Assembly: GCF_009914755.1 (NCBI RefSeq)
Contig: NC_060933.1
Strand: one strand, 5' to 3'
Length of the DNA stretch: 64,000 nt
Source: the human T2T-CHM13v2.0 reference genome, Homo sapiens
Part shown: positions 16,033 to 35,261 of the stretch, in pieces
Layout: every line of letters begins with the position of its first letter
Numbering within the stretch: position 1 is the stretch's first letter
Position numbers and translations under genes: made by a program
The notes under the pieces: generated by a model
The model's input: the letters and a program-made list of their open reading frames with translations, nothing else
What the model was told of the DNA's origin: nothing
Databases searched by the model: none

Positions 16033-16849
16033 CAGACATTCAAACCATAGCAGTATCTCTATTTATCTAAGTTGTTTTTAGGGTTTTAAGAAAGAAATCC
16101 TCTTTGGACAGCTCCGGGAAGTACTGAACAAGTTGAAGTTACTGCTTCTACAGCCTGGGAGGTGTTTATGATGAACCTATTTTAGCACTAATGTTGATTA
16201 TACCAACTTATCATCTTAACTTTCGAGTAGATAATATTGTTTGGGCACTAAGACACATTTGTACTTTTATACTGACTGTTCTCTTTGCCAGGAATTTTCT
16301 TTTTCTTTAGAGATAGGGTGACTCTGTCACACAATTACTCAGTGTTTGCAGTGACTTTATAAAACATATTTACCATAAATCACAAGAATCAACTGTGCAT
16401 ACAGACTACCTTAGTACAAAGAAAGAAATATACACAGAAAGGATACTGTAGTGGAGAGTAATTGGTAGTGGTAGGAGAGAGACCTTTTCAAAATCCTTTT
16501 GAAAGGATTTTAGTTGAGATCCATGGAACAAACAGGAGAAAGAGCATTTTTGTAGGCATGAGGAATGGCTCTAAAACAGGAAGGAGCTTGATATTTTTAA
16601 GGAATTGAAAGAAAAGCAACGTGGCTGGAGGAAAGTAACACAGGATGAAGTTGAAGAAGAAAGCAGGAATGTGATTGTTTTGTGTTTTGGAGACCACACT
16701 AAGGAGTGTAGCTTTGGAATATGTAATGGGAAGCCACTGGATGGTTTTAAACTGGGAATAGGATGATTATGTTTCAAAACATAATATTCTCTATGCTGGG
16801 GGGAATTGTTTGAAGGCGTCAAGCGGTAAAATGGAAAAATGAGTTAAGA

Positions 16850-17155
16850 GGCTGGGCGTGGTGGCTCACTCACTCCTGTAATCCCAGCACTTTGGGAGAC
16901 TGAGGCGGGCAGATCTCTTGAGCCCAGGAGTTCAAGACCAGCCTGGACAACGTGGTGAAACCCCATCTCTACAAAAAATACAAAAATTAGCCCGGCATGG
17001 TGGTGCGTGCCTGTGGTCCCAGCTACTGGCGAGGCCGAGGTGGAAGGATCACTTGAACCTGGGAAGCGGAGGTTTCAGTGAGTGGAGATTGTGCCACTGT
17101 ACTCCAGCCTGGGTGACTGAGTGAGACCCTTTCTCAAAAAAAAAAAAAAAGAAAA
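16850..17155 (+). mobile_element. Alu between L2 fragments
   Basis: TSD aaaatgagttaa. Confidence 0.9.
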
Positions 17156-17591
17156 AGAAAATGAGTTAAAAGGCCTGGCCATTCAATACTCAGTAGTTGC
17201 CAAATCTGCCGATATTATCTTCTAAACAGTTGTCAGCTCTATCTCCTCCTCACTGTTTGATTAATAATTCACCTTCTTTGCATGATTTGTTCCCACAACC
17301 TTATACTTGATCATTCTGCCTAATCCCTGCCCCCATGTCTCCAGAGAGATGTGATCAATCAAAGTCACCCATCTTACCATATCCACCTCATTGTTCCTCT
17401 AAAAAGCCTCCAACTTGATGGTCTGGTGCCTCCTTGCCATTCAAGCACCAGTTGTCACTATGCTTTGCCCTGCACTTAGTGTCCCACGTGACAGAATGTT
17501 TCTGCATCCCCCTCCACCTCAGTCATTTGGGGCCTATTTGCCTTTCTTTGCTCAGGAATCCTTTGCCACCTACCACCCTGTGCAGGGTTAA

Positions 17592-18017
<426 letters not shown>

Positions 18018-18424
18018 TGTTTTTATTTGTTTTTGAGTCCCCAGCATTCAGCATAGTTTCTGGATTATGGTAAAGATATAATCAGTGTTTGTAGAATGGG
18101 TTGTTTTGTGAATGTTTGCTAATTTCTTGACCAGTATTAGGTGAAACTTTTCCTTTAGAACTTTTTTTTTGTACATGGAATTATACAAATAAAGGAATAA
18201 TGCAGAATTATAGAAATAAAACCAGTTTTACAAAGCATATATGCACATTTATTCTTTCCAAAAATATTTATTGAATTGCCAGGAGGTGGTCTAACAATGG
18301 AGTGTAAGGGAGTGAACAAAACAATTCCCTGCCTTCTTTTATTTAGATGTGTCTGTGTTTATATTATCTACCTATATCTACATGTCTATTTTAATCTAGT
18401 ACATATATAATACATATTGTATAT

Positions 18425-19605
<1,181 letters not shown>

Positions 19606-20305
19606 TGCTCAAGTATCTATTTTTGAAAATATAAATAATTTTGCCTCTGATTTTCTACAGAATTTGAAAATACTTTGATGTGCTTATATGAGTTTGGACT
19701 GTTGAACAGATTACATTTTTTCATTATTGGATTGGTTTTATTTTTTGTAGTGATTTATATAGCTACTTCTCATAGGTGAAAATATATAGGGTTACAGATT
19801 TTCTCTGAATGAATATTGTATTTATGACCACAGTTTTATACTTTCAATTTTTTAAAATATAACTTTTACTTCGCAAATCATATTAGAGAATTTTTACATT
19901 TCTCTGGCTTTCAGAGACATTTATGGTTGCCAGTAGCTGAACGGATATCATTATGCTGGAAGTGTTTCAGTGATTATATATTCTGAGTGGTAAGATTGCT
20001 TAGTCTAAAAAAAGGACTCCACAATATTTGGCTTTTGGTTGTAATTACCAGTCATGCTTGCCAGAAATTAAGTTTAGCTTTTAGAAGCCTAGAATTCTTA
20101 ATATGTTTGTCTCTAACTAAATATTTCAGAGACTGTTATGAAACTGTCAGTAATTCCATTATATATTTTATGTTCAGCTTATTCTGAGTTACAGCTGATG
20201 AAATGACATATAGCATGTGATTGCGCAACAACATAGAAAATGCTTAAGATAACAAGATGGAAATAGTAATTTTTAGTCTAATTACAATTTTGTTTAAAAG
20301 GAAAT

Positions 20306-20617
<312 letters not shown>

Positions 20618-22412
20618 CTAACTGTGATCCTAATAAGTACGAATAAAAGACTAGAGGGAAAAATACCACAGTGTTAACAGAGACTATCTATTAAGTCATA
20701 TGACACTGCTTTTCTGTTATTTTCCAATTATAAATAAAAATAAATTGGCTTGTGTTACTTGTTTAATAAGGAAAATGGAGACTTTTTTACAATGTAGAAA
20801 AGGAAGCTAAATTGTTTATTCCATTTTAGATACTGAAGGTTAAAAGGTCTTTTGAAGACATAGTCCATAATTCAGGTTGTTTTTCTTCACTGATGAACTA
20901 GTGAACCGGTTCCTATTTTGATAATTACAACCCTTTAAAGTTTACAGAATTGTTCATGTATCTTATTTCGTATTTTAAAAAATCTGTATCAGTTGGATTT
21001 TCACTTTATCCACACGAATGGATCAAAGTCCAAAGGTTAACGCTCATGTTGATGTATTGAAACCATGACTTCATTAATGTCTGATCAACTGGAGCAGAGT
21101 TGGAGACCGAGGACCCTAAAGCTCTTGGAGCAAAGCTTGTGCACTGGAACTGCTGCTGCCATGGCTGGGGTTGCTGTCAGACCTCAATTTGAGGGACCGC
21201 TTCACATTCCTCTCATAGGAGACTGATGACCTCAATAGATACCTTGGGGAGCCTGTTTGGATTAAAAATACCTAACACTGTCTAGCTGCTTCTAATTTTT
21301 TTTAGCTTCTGGTGGTGAGGGGGAGGTGAATTGAGTTCATGATTCAGGCTTGGAAGTTGCAGAGTAGCTTTTGTAGGCTGATGTCTGTGGGTGTCCTCTG
21401 GATGGGTCATATATGGAAGATTATAGTTTACAAAAGATATATTCCAGTCTTCAAATAATTTGCAAGAGTAGCACAATGAAAGGGAGATGCATTTTAAATC
21501 TTTTATTAAATCTTTTATTTTTTAAGTAAAATAAATGATACTTTTCTTTTCAGTTTAACATTTAGAGATACATTCAAAGGGACTTCTTTTTGTCCTTAAA
21601 CCAGAGGAAAACTCTTTTTTTCTATTATGGCCCTTATCCCTAGGGTAGTGGCCAGTGCCCTGCCTCTTTCCTTTCTATCACTAGGAAATATCATTGCATG
21701 CAAGAGAATAGGGACTGGAGTGATCCTTTCTTTGACTGTTTCCTGGAGGGAGACTGTTGTAATAGAAGGTTCTGATGTGTGTATAAAACAGTAGTGGGAT
21801 TACCACAGCACTGGTAGTCCAGCTCTGGAGTTAGGATTGCAACATCAAAAACTGGGCCAGCATTCAAGTCGTCTCATTTCATGGTGTTACTGGGATTAGT
21901 TCCTCCAGTTTGTTAGTGTACTGCTGTGTGTGGTATAAGCTAGTGTACCTTTCAGCAGACTGCCCATGAATTCTTCATAATGGGATTTAGCAGTACACTA
22001 AGATGATATTCAAGAACTGTACTCAATGGTAATGCCTCTTTTCTTAATAATGGCTCTCAAATAGCCCTTGAAAATCAGTGCAACAAAACTTGGCCATCTG
22101 TTTACAAAACTTTCCAAATTGAAAAATAATAATCTACCATATAATAAAGCATTTTAATATGAATTTTAAATGTATATTTTTTTTTCAGATACCTGATTAT
22201 AAAATATTCAGGTAGTACAGCAAAAATGAAAGCTCTTCAATAATCTTACCTTCCTCCCCCCAAATTTAAGTATACCCTTCCAGATTTATAAAATATGTGT
22301 GTATCTATGTATAATCTGCATTTTCACTCAATAGTATGTCCACTTTCCACCATTTTAAGTAATGCATCAGTGAGTATTCTTATATATATAAAGTCTCTAA
22401 TTTTTTAAGGGA

Positions 22413-23113
22413 TGTATTAATCTGTTCTCATGCTGCTGTGAAGGAGTACCTCGAACTGGGTAATTTATAAAGAAAAGAGGTTTGGCCAGGCACGGTGGCT
22501 CACTTCCAAAGTGCTGTAATCCCAAGCACTTTGGAAGGCCGAGGCAGGTGGATCATGAGGTCAGGAGATCGAGACCACCCTGGCTAACACGGTGAAACCC
22601 CACTCTACTAAAAATACAAAGAAAAAAAAAAATAGCCGGGCGTGGTGGTGGGTGCTGTAGTCCCAGCTACTCAGGAGGCGGAGGCAGTAGAATGGCGTGA
22701 ACCCGGGAGACGGAGCTTGCAGTGAGCCAAGATCGCGCCACCACACTCCAGCCTGGGCGACACAGCGAGACTCCATCCCCCAAAAAAAAAAAAAAAAAAA
22801 AGAAAAGAGGTTTAATTGACTCACAGTTTCCCATTGCTGGGGAGACCTCAGGAAACTTAAAATCATGGTGGAAGGCACCTTTTCACAGGGTGGCAGGAGA
22901 TAGAATGAGTGCAGGCGGGGGAAATGGCAGACATTTGTAAAATCATCAGATCTTGTGAGACTCATTCACTATCATGAGAACAGCATGGGGGAAACAGCCC
23001 CCGTAATCCAATTACCTCTTCCTGGTTCTGCCCTTGACACGTGGGGATTGTGGGGACTATGGGGATTACAATTCAAGCTGAGATTTTGGGTGGGGACACA
23101 GCCAAACCATATC
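22413..23113 (-). mobile_element. THE1/MSTA solo LTR interrupted by AluY (22483-22800, +)
   Basis: tgtattaatctgttctcatgctgc...ggggacacagccaaaccatatca; Alu TSD aaagaaaagaggttt. Confidence 0.85.
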
Positions 23114-23174
23114 AATGGATGACTTCCTGAAAGAATTGCTGGGTCTGTGAGTATACATACTGTAAAATATGTGC

Positions 23175-23395
23175 AAGAGAGACAGTAGAACATAGCTGCT
23201 AAGTACAGAGCCTTGGAGTCATTGGCTTGAGTTTGAAGCCTGGCCTCACCATTTCCTAGCTCTGTAACCTTAGGCAAGTTACTTAACCTCTTTGTGCCTT
23301 CATTTCCTCATCTGTAAAGTGGGGAATAGCAGAAGTACCTGTGTCATGACATAGAGCTTGGACTTGTGCCTAGCTCATAGTAAGAGATTATTATA
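23175..23395 (+). mobile_element. MIR
   Basis: Core tagctctgtaaccttaggcaagttacttaacctct...ttcctcatctgtaaagtgggg. Confidence 0.8.
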
Positions 23396-23730
23396 CATGT
23401 CTCAAGATTACTGTTCAGAAAGCTGCATATCCATGCGTATATCTTGTCACCAAAGGAGCCTAGCGTCTAGCAGAGGCATGTCAGAATGAAAGGACCAACA
23501 GTGGATGAGATGGCCTTCCACTGCTCATTTTTGCCATCAGCACTGATTATTATTGCACGTTTTAGTATCATTCTAGTCAGCCAAAAAATGATGTCAGGGT
23601 ATATTAATTTGCATTTTTAATTAGTAAGATTGTGTATTTTCAAATACATTTTGTGAGCATTCGTTGATGTTTTTTCCTACTGTGAAATACTTGTTTGTAT
23701 CTTTTGCCAGTATTTATATTGGGATATTCA

Positions 23731-24039
<309 letters not shown>

Positions 24040-24164
24040 AATCTTTTTCTTATTGATTTATGAAAATTCTGTATATTTTAAGGAGACAACCTCTTGAAAA
24101 ATTACTCAAATATTTTCCCAGGGTTCTTTTATTTTGTTTATGTCTCTTGACTTCGTTGTGTGTT

Positions 24165-25075
24165 AATTTTTTTAATTGACAAATAAAAATTGTATATATT
24201 TATGGTGTACAACATGATGTTTTGATACATGTATGCATTGTAGAAAGGATAAATTAAACTAAGTAACATCTCTATTACCTTACACATTTATTTTTTATGG
24301 TTGGAACACTTAAAATCTCTCGGCAGTTTTCAAGTGTACGATATAAACTATAGTGACAATATTGTACAATAGAGCTCTTGAACTTATTCCTCCTGTCTGA
24401 CTGAAATTTTATATCCTTTGACCACCATTTTTTCAGTCATCCCACTGCACAGCCTCTGGTAACCACTGTTCCACTTTCTGCTTCTGTGAGTTCAACTTTT
24501 TTAGATTCCACATGTAAGTGAGACCATGTGGTATTTGTCTTTTTGTGCCTGTCTTCTTTTAACTAGCATAATGTTTATAAGATTCATCCATGTTGTCACA
24601 AATGATAGGATTTCTTTTTTTTAAGGCTTATTAGCAGTCCATTGTATAAATATACCATTTTTTTTTTATTCATTCATCTGTTGATGCACACTTAGGCTGC
24701 TTCCATGTCTTGGCTGTTGTGGATAATGCTGCAGTGAACATGGGGGTGCAGTATCTCTGACATACTGATTTCATTTCCTTTGGATATATGCCCAGAAGTA
24801 GAATTGCTGGATCATATGGGAGTTCTATTTTTAATATTTTTTCATACTCTTTTCCATAATGGCTATACCAATTTGCATTTTCACTAACAGTGTACAAGGG
24901 TTCTCTTTTTTTTTCCCCACAACCTAAACAACACTTGCTGTCTTTCATCCTTTTTGATGTAGCTTTTTTTTTAACAGGCATGAGATATTATCTCCTAGTG
25001 GTTTTAATTTGCACTTTCCTGATGATTAGTGATGTTGAACACTTTTTTTCATCTACCTGTTGGCCATTTGTGACT
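24165..25075 (-). mobile_element. L1MA 3' end (ORF2 C-terminus + 3'UTR)
   Basis: ORF 24670-24981(-) contains LPYDPAILLLGIYPKEMK...MFTAAL.T.AK.WKQPKC, the L1 ORF2 C-terminus. Confidence 0.85.
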
Positions 25076-25469
25076 TGGTTGTGATTTTTACTGTTGAGGA
25101 ATTGTCAACATTGTTTTAGTCAGTTCTGACTTTTTCTTCATGGCTCTGGTGGATTGTGTCATATTGTCATACATAAGGAGAAAAGAATTTATGAATGTGA
25201 TGAACATAATGGAATGTGGCTCCCTTCCTTCCATTCTCATCTCCGTTCTGTTAATTGACCTCTGGGTTCAATGAGTGGCTAATGTAACTGAAGTCCCTGG
25301 CTCTCTACTGGAAGTGAATGTAAAAGAAACTGGCACTGGACTTTCTTTCCCATGAACATTTTAGAGACCAAGCCACAGAGTGAAGACCAGGAAATTGTGG
25401 ATCTTTGGATAAGCTTAGTCTCAATATTTTTTTATTTTTAGAAACAGTACAAGACCCTTTCTCAAATAA

Positions 25470-26935
<1,466 letters not shown>

Positions 26936-27245
26936 TATTTCAGTTATCTATCGCTGTATCCAGGCCACTCTCAAAGTTGGGGAAATAATTGGCATCCTGT
27001 TTTCAGATAATATTTAGAGCAGGGAAAATGAAACTATTATTTGAATGGAGAAATTTAGGAAAATTTTCACATTAACAAAAGAAAAAAGTTGGAAAGAATG
27101 GCAGTTTGACTAGCCCAACACAAATAGAGGGAAGAAGAGGAAACATTATACAATAATAAAAGTAAGGGGAAGGAATAAGATCATTGTATCAATTATTAGG
27201 CTAAATGTGAGCAGACTGAATTTTGCCATTAAAAAGGGCATGTCA

Positions 27246-27572
27246 GGTTGCACGGGTGGCTCACACCCGTAATCCCAGCTCTATGGGAGGCCAAGGCAGG
27301 AGGGTATCTTGAGCCCAGGAGTTCGAGACTAGCCTGGGCAACATGGGGAAACCCCATCTCTACAAAAAATAAAAAATAAAAATAAATAAAAATAGCCAGG
27401 AGTGGTAGCATGCATCTGTAGTCCCAGCTACTCTGGAGGCTGAGGTGGATTGCTTGAGGATTGCTTGAGTCCAGGAGGTCGAGGCTGCAGTGAGCCTTGG
27501 TTGTGCCGCTGTACTCCAGCTTGGGTGACAAAGCAAGACCCTGTCTCAAAAAAAAGAAAGAAAGAAAAAAAA
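27246..27572 (+). mobile_element. AluJ
   Basis: Alu consensus; short duplication ggattgcttga x2. Confidence 0.85.
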
Positions 27573-28094
27573 GATGTGTCAGACTGAACTAAATAAACCT
27601 CTGGAGAATAATGTTTATAAGCACTTCTCAAAGCAAAATGAGTAGGTGAAAATAAAGCAGAAATGAAAGAGCAGGAAAATAGTGAAAAACAAAAACAAAT
27701 TTCCTCAAAGCAGAACAGCATTAGACAAAGTGGATTTCAGGTTAGAGGCACTAAATGAGGTAAAGACAGACATTATATACTGATAAGGGGCACAATTTAT
27801 GATCATGTATGAACCAAATAGCATCAAGTATCATATCAGGCAAAAACATAAAACAAAAACTATTAGTAATATAAGGTGAACTTGGTAAAAGTTCAGCTAT
27901 TGTGAGGCATTTCAGTATATCCTTAAGAGTATTGAATCTAGAGGAACTGAATAATCAGTAATGATAACAGTACTATATTAATATATTATCTGAGATTTAT
28001 TGGGTGCTTACTGTGTGCCAGGCACTCTTCTAAGTGTTTTACAGTATTAAATCATTGATCCTCACAAAAAACTTATGATACTCAACAAAAAGGC

Positions 28095-29240
<1,146 letters not shown>

Positions 29241-29899
29241 AACAAATTACGATTATGTTAATTGACTTTAAAGGAGTTCTCCAAGGTACATTTCAATAAG
29301 GAAAGCAATATGCATTATTTTGTAAAATAGTGACATATGAGCATGGAATAAATATGGAAGGATATATGATAGGTTGCCAGTTTGGGTTATCAAGATAGGA
29401 GGGTGCTGATATGGGGAAAGAGGGATTCGAGGGGAAGGAGGTAGCAATGAAATTTAGGAAAAGAAAACAACCTGTATTTAAATAGAAAGCCATGATGTGT
29501 CGTATCTCTAATTTACTTTCAAATGATTCAGCAAGACAGCATGTATGCATACATAATTACATATATACACATATGTATGCACACATATAGATGGATAGAT
29601 AAAGCAAAGATGGCCAAATGTAACAATTGTTGACTCTATGTGGGGGTTATATGGATAGTTATTTTACTAGTCTGTCAAATTTTATCTGTGTTTGATAGTA
29701 ATAAAAAATCGGGGGTAAAAACTCCACCAGAATGTTTTCTGTGATCACATTATTGTAATATTTAAAATATTTACATATTTAAAAATTTTAGTAACACTTA
29801 ATAAGCAGAAAAATGCCTTAAACATTTCAAAATCATGAAATTATTTTTCTAGTCCTTTTGCTTTTGTTTAAGTTAAATTTCTAGGCTGTTTGGAATTTC

Positions 29900-30214
<315 letters not shown>

Positions 30215-30713
30215 TGGAGTTTCATAATCTATGTTTATTAATTTTGATGTGGTTTCTTTTTGATCCATTACTTTTTTTCTAGGTAAACAGTGGTATCATC
30301 TGGAGGTAATGCTGGTTTTATGATTCCTTTCCAATATTTTTGGCTTATTGCATAGGTTAGAATATCTGGAACAATTTTGAATGATGATGGGAGTAAGCGT
30401 CCTTGTTTTAAATTTTTAATGGCAGTCTTGTTTCAGTTTCAAAGTTTTATGTTTTTTGATAAATATTATTGATTGGGTTAAGGACATTTTCATCTAACAT
30501 TAAAATAGTTGAGTGAAACAGAGTATCCAAATCAGAAAATTAAATGAAAAAAAAAAATTAAGAAAAGCAATCCTAAAATGTAGAGCAAAAATAATACCCA
30601 AAGGTAGAGGGTGATAATCAGCCCACAGGACTGATAGAAGTTCTTACATTCAGGCAAAAACCTTGTTAGTCCTAGATGTATACCAAATCAGTATGTAAGA
30701 ATAAAACAACAAA

Positions 30714-31006
30714 GACTGGGTATGGCAGCTCACGCCTGTAATCCCAGCACTTTGGGAGGCTGAGGTGGGCAGATCACCAGAGGTCAGGAGTTCGAGACCA
30801 GCCCGTCCAACATGGTGAAACCCTGTCTCTACTGAAAATACAAGAAAAAATAGTTGGGCATGGTGGTGGGTGCCTGTAATCCCAGCTACTCGGGAGGCTG
30901 AGGATTCAATTGCTTGAACCCGGGAGGCAGAGGTTGCAGTGAACCGAAATTGCACCAATGCATTCCATCCTTGGTGACAGAGTGAGCCTCCGTCTCAAAA
31001 AAAAAA
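30714..31006 (+). mobile_element. AluSx-like
   Basis: TSD aagaataaaacaacaaa. Confidence 0.9.
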
Positions 31007-31309
31007 GAATAAAACAACAAAAACAGATGTTACAGAGCCTGTGAGATCTGAGAAATACTGGGACATCACTGGCATGTGCCCAAAAGAGTTTCACTGAATA
31101 AATCTTGGGGCCGATGTGTGTTGGAGATAAGAGCTCTTCTACAAGGAAGTATGCCTATTTGCCAAAAATAAGCAAATATATTTTTCTTAGCACTGCTTTA
31201 AGGAACGTTCGTTTTGTTAAAGGTTAAAATTACTAGATGGGTTAGTTGCCTTGCAAGTATACTTTTGTGGAATGAATATGAGTGTACTCTTAATAAATCT
31301 ATTGATATT

Positions 31310-31682
31310 TGTCATATTTTAAACTGAGTTCATATTTCCCAATATGGTCAAGAGTACAGACCATGAATATGAAAATATGCTGATGAAAATATGAATATGT
31401 TCTTAATGATATATTGATCTTTATTAAATTTTAAACCAGGTTTAAAATGTCCCAATATGGTCAAGAACATAGCTCATGAATATGAATATAAACTTATGAA
31501 AATGTTCATGAATATATTCATGTTCATTAATTTTAAACTGTATTAAAAAGTTTTCCCAATAGGGTAAAGAAGAATATATTCATGAATATATTCATAAAGA
31601 GGATATATTCATGAATATAATCATTATAAAGAATATATTCACATTTATTGAATATTTTCACAAAGAATATATTCATATGAAG
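31310..31682. repeat. Degenerate AT-rich ~110-bp tandem triplication decaying into GAATATATTC palindromic repeats
   Basis: Anchor tcccaata.ggt.aaga at 31337, 31450 and 31554. Confidence 0.8.
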
Positions 31683-32763
31683 ACTAAACTACTCTACAAC
31701 TCTTTGCATTTTACAAATTAGTTTTTAAAATCCTGCTATGAAGCAGAGTGTAAATCATTCTACTAAAATTTCACTGAAATCTTCGAAAAGTGAAAAAGTA
31801 TAAATTTGGTATCTTCAGTTAATTGATCTATTTATGAATTGGCTCCTAGTGAATAGTTCTTGGCAAATTAATTTAGAGCCCTCTCTCTCTGCATGAGATG
31901 AACCATTATTTATTACAGCATCTGCCCTGGGAAAACCAAGACAAAAAGAGGGGGATATTGAAAACAGCTGGGCTGAGTGTTCAGAACAGACTGATTAATA
32001 ACACTAAAGAAATAAAGGTTCTTGTTAGAAGGAAGGCCTGCAAGCCACTGCATGAGATTTAAGGACCACAGGTGCTCAGGCTGGTGAGACTGGTATGGCA
32101 GGCAGTATTTTGGGGCTGAAGAGTTTAGTGTGGTTACCATGTGCAAAATGATACAAGTTTAAGTTTACTCATAATAGAAACTGGAAAATTACATGGCTTG
32201 CTTCGGGAGTTCCTCACTTCATTTTGTTTTGGTATTTCAGAAAAGAAATTCTGAGGCTTTAGACAGTTTGCTACTCACAGATCTCATAAATCAAGCATTC
32301 TTCATGACCTGGATCTATCTTGAGCAGATCAAAGCTCTGAGCAGCTTGAATAGTGCTCACCCAGAGGCTTACTGCCAGTAACAACCCAAATTTCTTAGCC
32401 TATTTGTTTTTGTTGTTGTTGTTTGTTTGTTTGTTTGTTTGTTTGTTTTAAAGCAGCAGTAAAACACATTGTGGGTGCACATTTTTTGGAAAAACCAGAA
32501 GTTCAAATATTAGTAAAATATTTGGACTTAACATTTTATGGGCACTCAGAAGTAACCATCAACTTCACATGTATCTCTGAGCAAAATATTAACCACTAAT
32601 AACCATTAGTAAATGGATGCTGAGTGGGCCAGATCTTGCTGACACCTTGGTTATATGGTGTTTTGTGTGGGATATTAGTTTTCTGAGGTTTGTACAAAGG
32701 AATTTGTAAAATGCTTAATTTTATCATTAACTTTACCACTTTACCATTGAGCTTCTGAGCTTC

Positions 32764-33027
32764 TTTTTTTTTTTTTTTTTGAGACCCAGTTTTGCTCTTG
32801 TTGCCCAGGCTAGAGTGCAGTGGCATGATCTTGGCTCACCTCAACCTCCACCTCCCAGGTTCAAGTGATTCTCCTGCCTCAGCCTTCCTGAGTAGCTGGG
32901 ATTACAGGCATGCGCCACCATGCCTGTCTAATTTTGTATTTTTAGTAGAGATAGGGTTTCTCCGTGTTGGTCAGGCTGGTCTCGAACTTCCGACCTCAGA
33001 TGATCCACCCGCCTCGGCCTCCCAGAG
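32764..33027 (-). mobile_element. 5'-truncated AluSp-like
   Basis: TSD ttctgagcttctt. Confidence 0.85.
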
Positions 33028-35261
33028 TTCTGAGCTTCTTAAAGTCAATACCCATGTCCAATTTATATTTGCTGTGCTATTGCATCTAGCACAATTTATT
33101 GTGTGTAGAAGATGCCTAAAGTTTGTTTTTAATGAATACATATATGAAATGTCTGTCATGGAACTATCTATTTTCCTTTTATTTGTATTGCTATTTTGCC
33201 CATTAACTAAAGGATATGGATGGTAAGCCTTGTCTATGTCTCTATTGTCTTAGTAAAGATGCCCTTTTTTCTTGTATATCCAACCTTTGTGCACTAAAAT
33301 CCTCTTTCCCCACAGCTTCACAGAATACTAGATTCATTGTTTAGCCCTTTTCTTATCTGTAGCCTTCTTTACTGTAAAGTGAAGGGAAAATGTTTAGTGA
33401 TTTGAAAAGTTTCAAAATTTTTCTGTACTATTAGACTTGAATGAATGTCAGATTTGAGAGGGCCCTGCGAGACCACTATTCAATCCTTTTGTTTTACTCA
33501 TGAAAAACTCAGAGTTCTAATTGCTTTCGCACTATAACTCATGCCATGCTATTTTGTAATTGCTTAGTTGTTGGCATTTCTAGCTAGACTTTAAATTCAG
33601 TGGGAATAGGGACCACATCTATCTTATTTAATGCTGTATTTCTGACACAGCACAGTGCTTAGAAGAGAATAGGTGTTCAGTTAATGGTTCAGTTATGAAT
33701 AAATAAATAAATAAATAAGTCAAGATTGGTGAAGGGACTTGCTCAAAGTCATGTTGACTATTTAGGGGGCAGCCCCCAGTTGCTGAATCTGTTAAGCACA
33801 TTAAAAGTCAGAGCTCTGTAATCTACTCTGCCATCCTGGAGAGAGTCAAGGTCAGTGGAAATGACTAATTTTTCTTAAGTGTGTTTGTTAAGCTCTGCAA
33901 CTTATACATTTCCACATGTTGGCTTTCAGTATACCGGAGACTGCTATATAGGAAAGCAGCTGACCAAGGAAATGTAGAGGATGTGCTGCCATTATTTTTG
34001 CCTTGGAGGCTTTTTCAAGAGACACTTCTACTTTTCAAAGCAGTGAAACTTCATCTTAGGAAAAGAAATTTTCCCCAGCTACAATCTAATTTTTAATCTT
34101 TTTTTTTTAATTTTAACTTTCCACACTATACCATCATATTAATCTTATTTTTAAATGTATTGTTTCTGAAATCCTGAGTGCCCCAGCGATCAAAAACTCT
34201 GCTTAGGATTCAGTTCATTAATGTGAGGGCTCAGACTCTTAAGGTACTTATAAAACCTCAAGGACTATTGATACTGGTCATTTGTGAATTCAAACAGAAA
34301 CTTCCAGAATCATCATGACCTTTTAAAGTTTCATCCTTAGTTTTTCTGGTCTACCGTTGACCTCCATTAATGATCCCAAATCTGCTTGTTTTGCAGAAAA
34401 TAAAATGTGTACGTGGTCACAGAAACAGTTGTTACCTGATGATCTTTAAGATCTTGGAGTATAATACTGTGGGTCATTGATGTCTTTTACTGTTAAGTTC
34501 CCCATCAGTACCTATATTCACCTTCTGACTGCATGGTAAATTGCTTTGCTTATGTATGAACTTAGGTACTTGTAATGAAGTCAGAATTTAAACCATACTG
34601 AGGGAGAATGGGAAAAAGAATAAGACTGGAAAGGAAGAAACTGTCAAGTCAGGGTTTGGCTTTTCTTGTTATAAGCCATTCTATTAAAATATGTATATTT
34701 TTGTACTTTTTTTGAACATATGAAATGATCATATTTTACTTGACATTTATCACTTATTTAGCAGCAGAAGAATACATGTAAATGGAAATGCTATCATCCC
34801 TTTGAAACATGTCTTTTTAACACTTAGGATTCGTGCTATTTGCCAGGAGGGAGTTTTTCTACTTACAGAGCATCCGGGAGATGAATTGGAAAGGCAGACT
34901 TCTGGTCTGGTTAGCACTTTTGTTGTTTTTTATTTTCTTTTTGGGTCCCATATTCATGAAAGATTTGTCTTAGCATTTTTAGATAAATATTTCTTTAGTG
35001 ATACACAGGTTTCTTTGTGTTTTTTTTTTTTTTTTTTTTTTTTAGTGAATTTCAAAGAATAATGGCTGCCATTCTTGGATCTTGGCCTTTATTGATTTGG
35101 ATATTATTGATGTATGAAATACATAAACTTGTCAGATGCTTTGTGAGTCTCTCCTGATCTTAAGGCATTTTAGAGCATCTAGTAGTAGAGTGTCCTTGAG
35201 TTAGCTAAATTTATACTTATTTTGAGGCTGGCAAATTTGTGTAATATTGATGACCTAGAAA

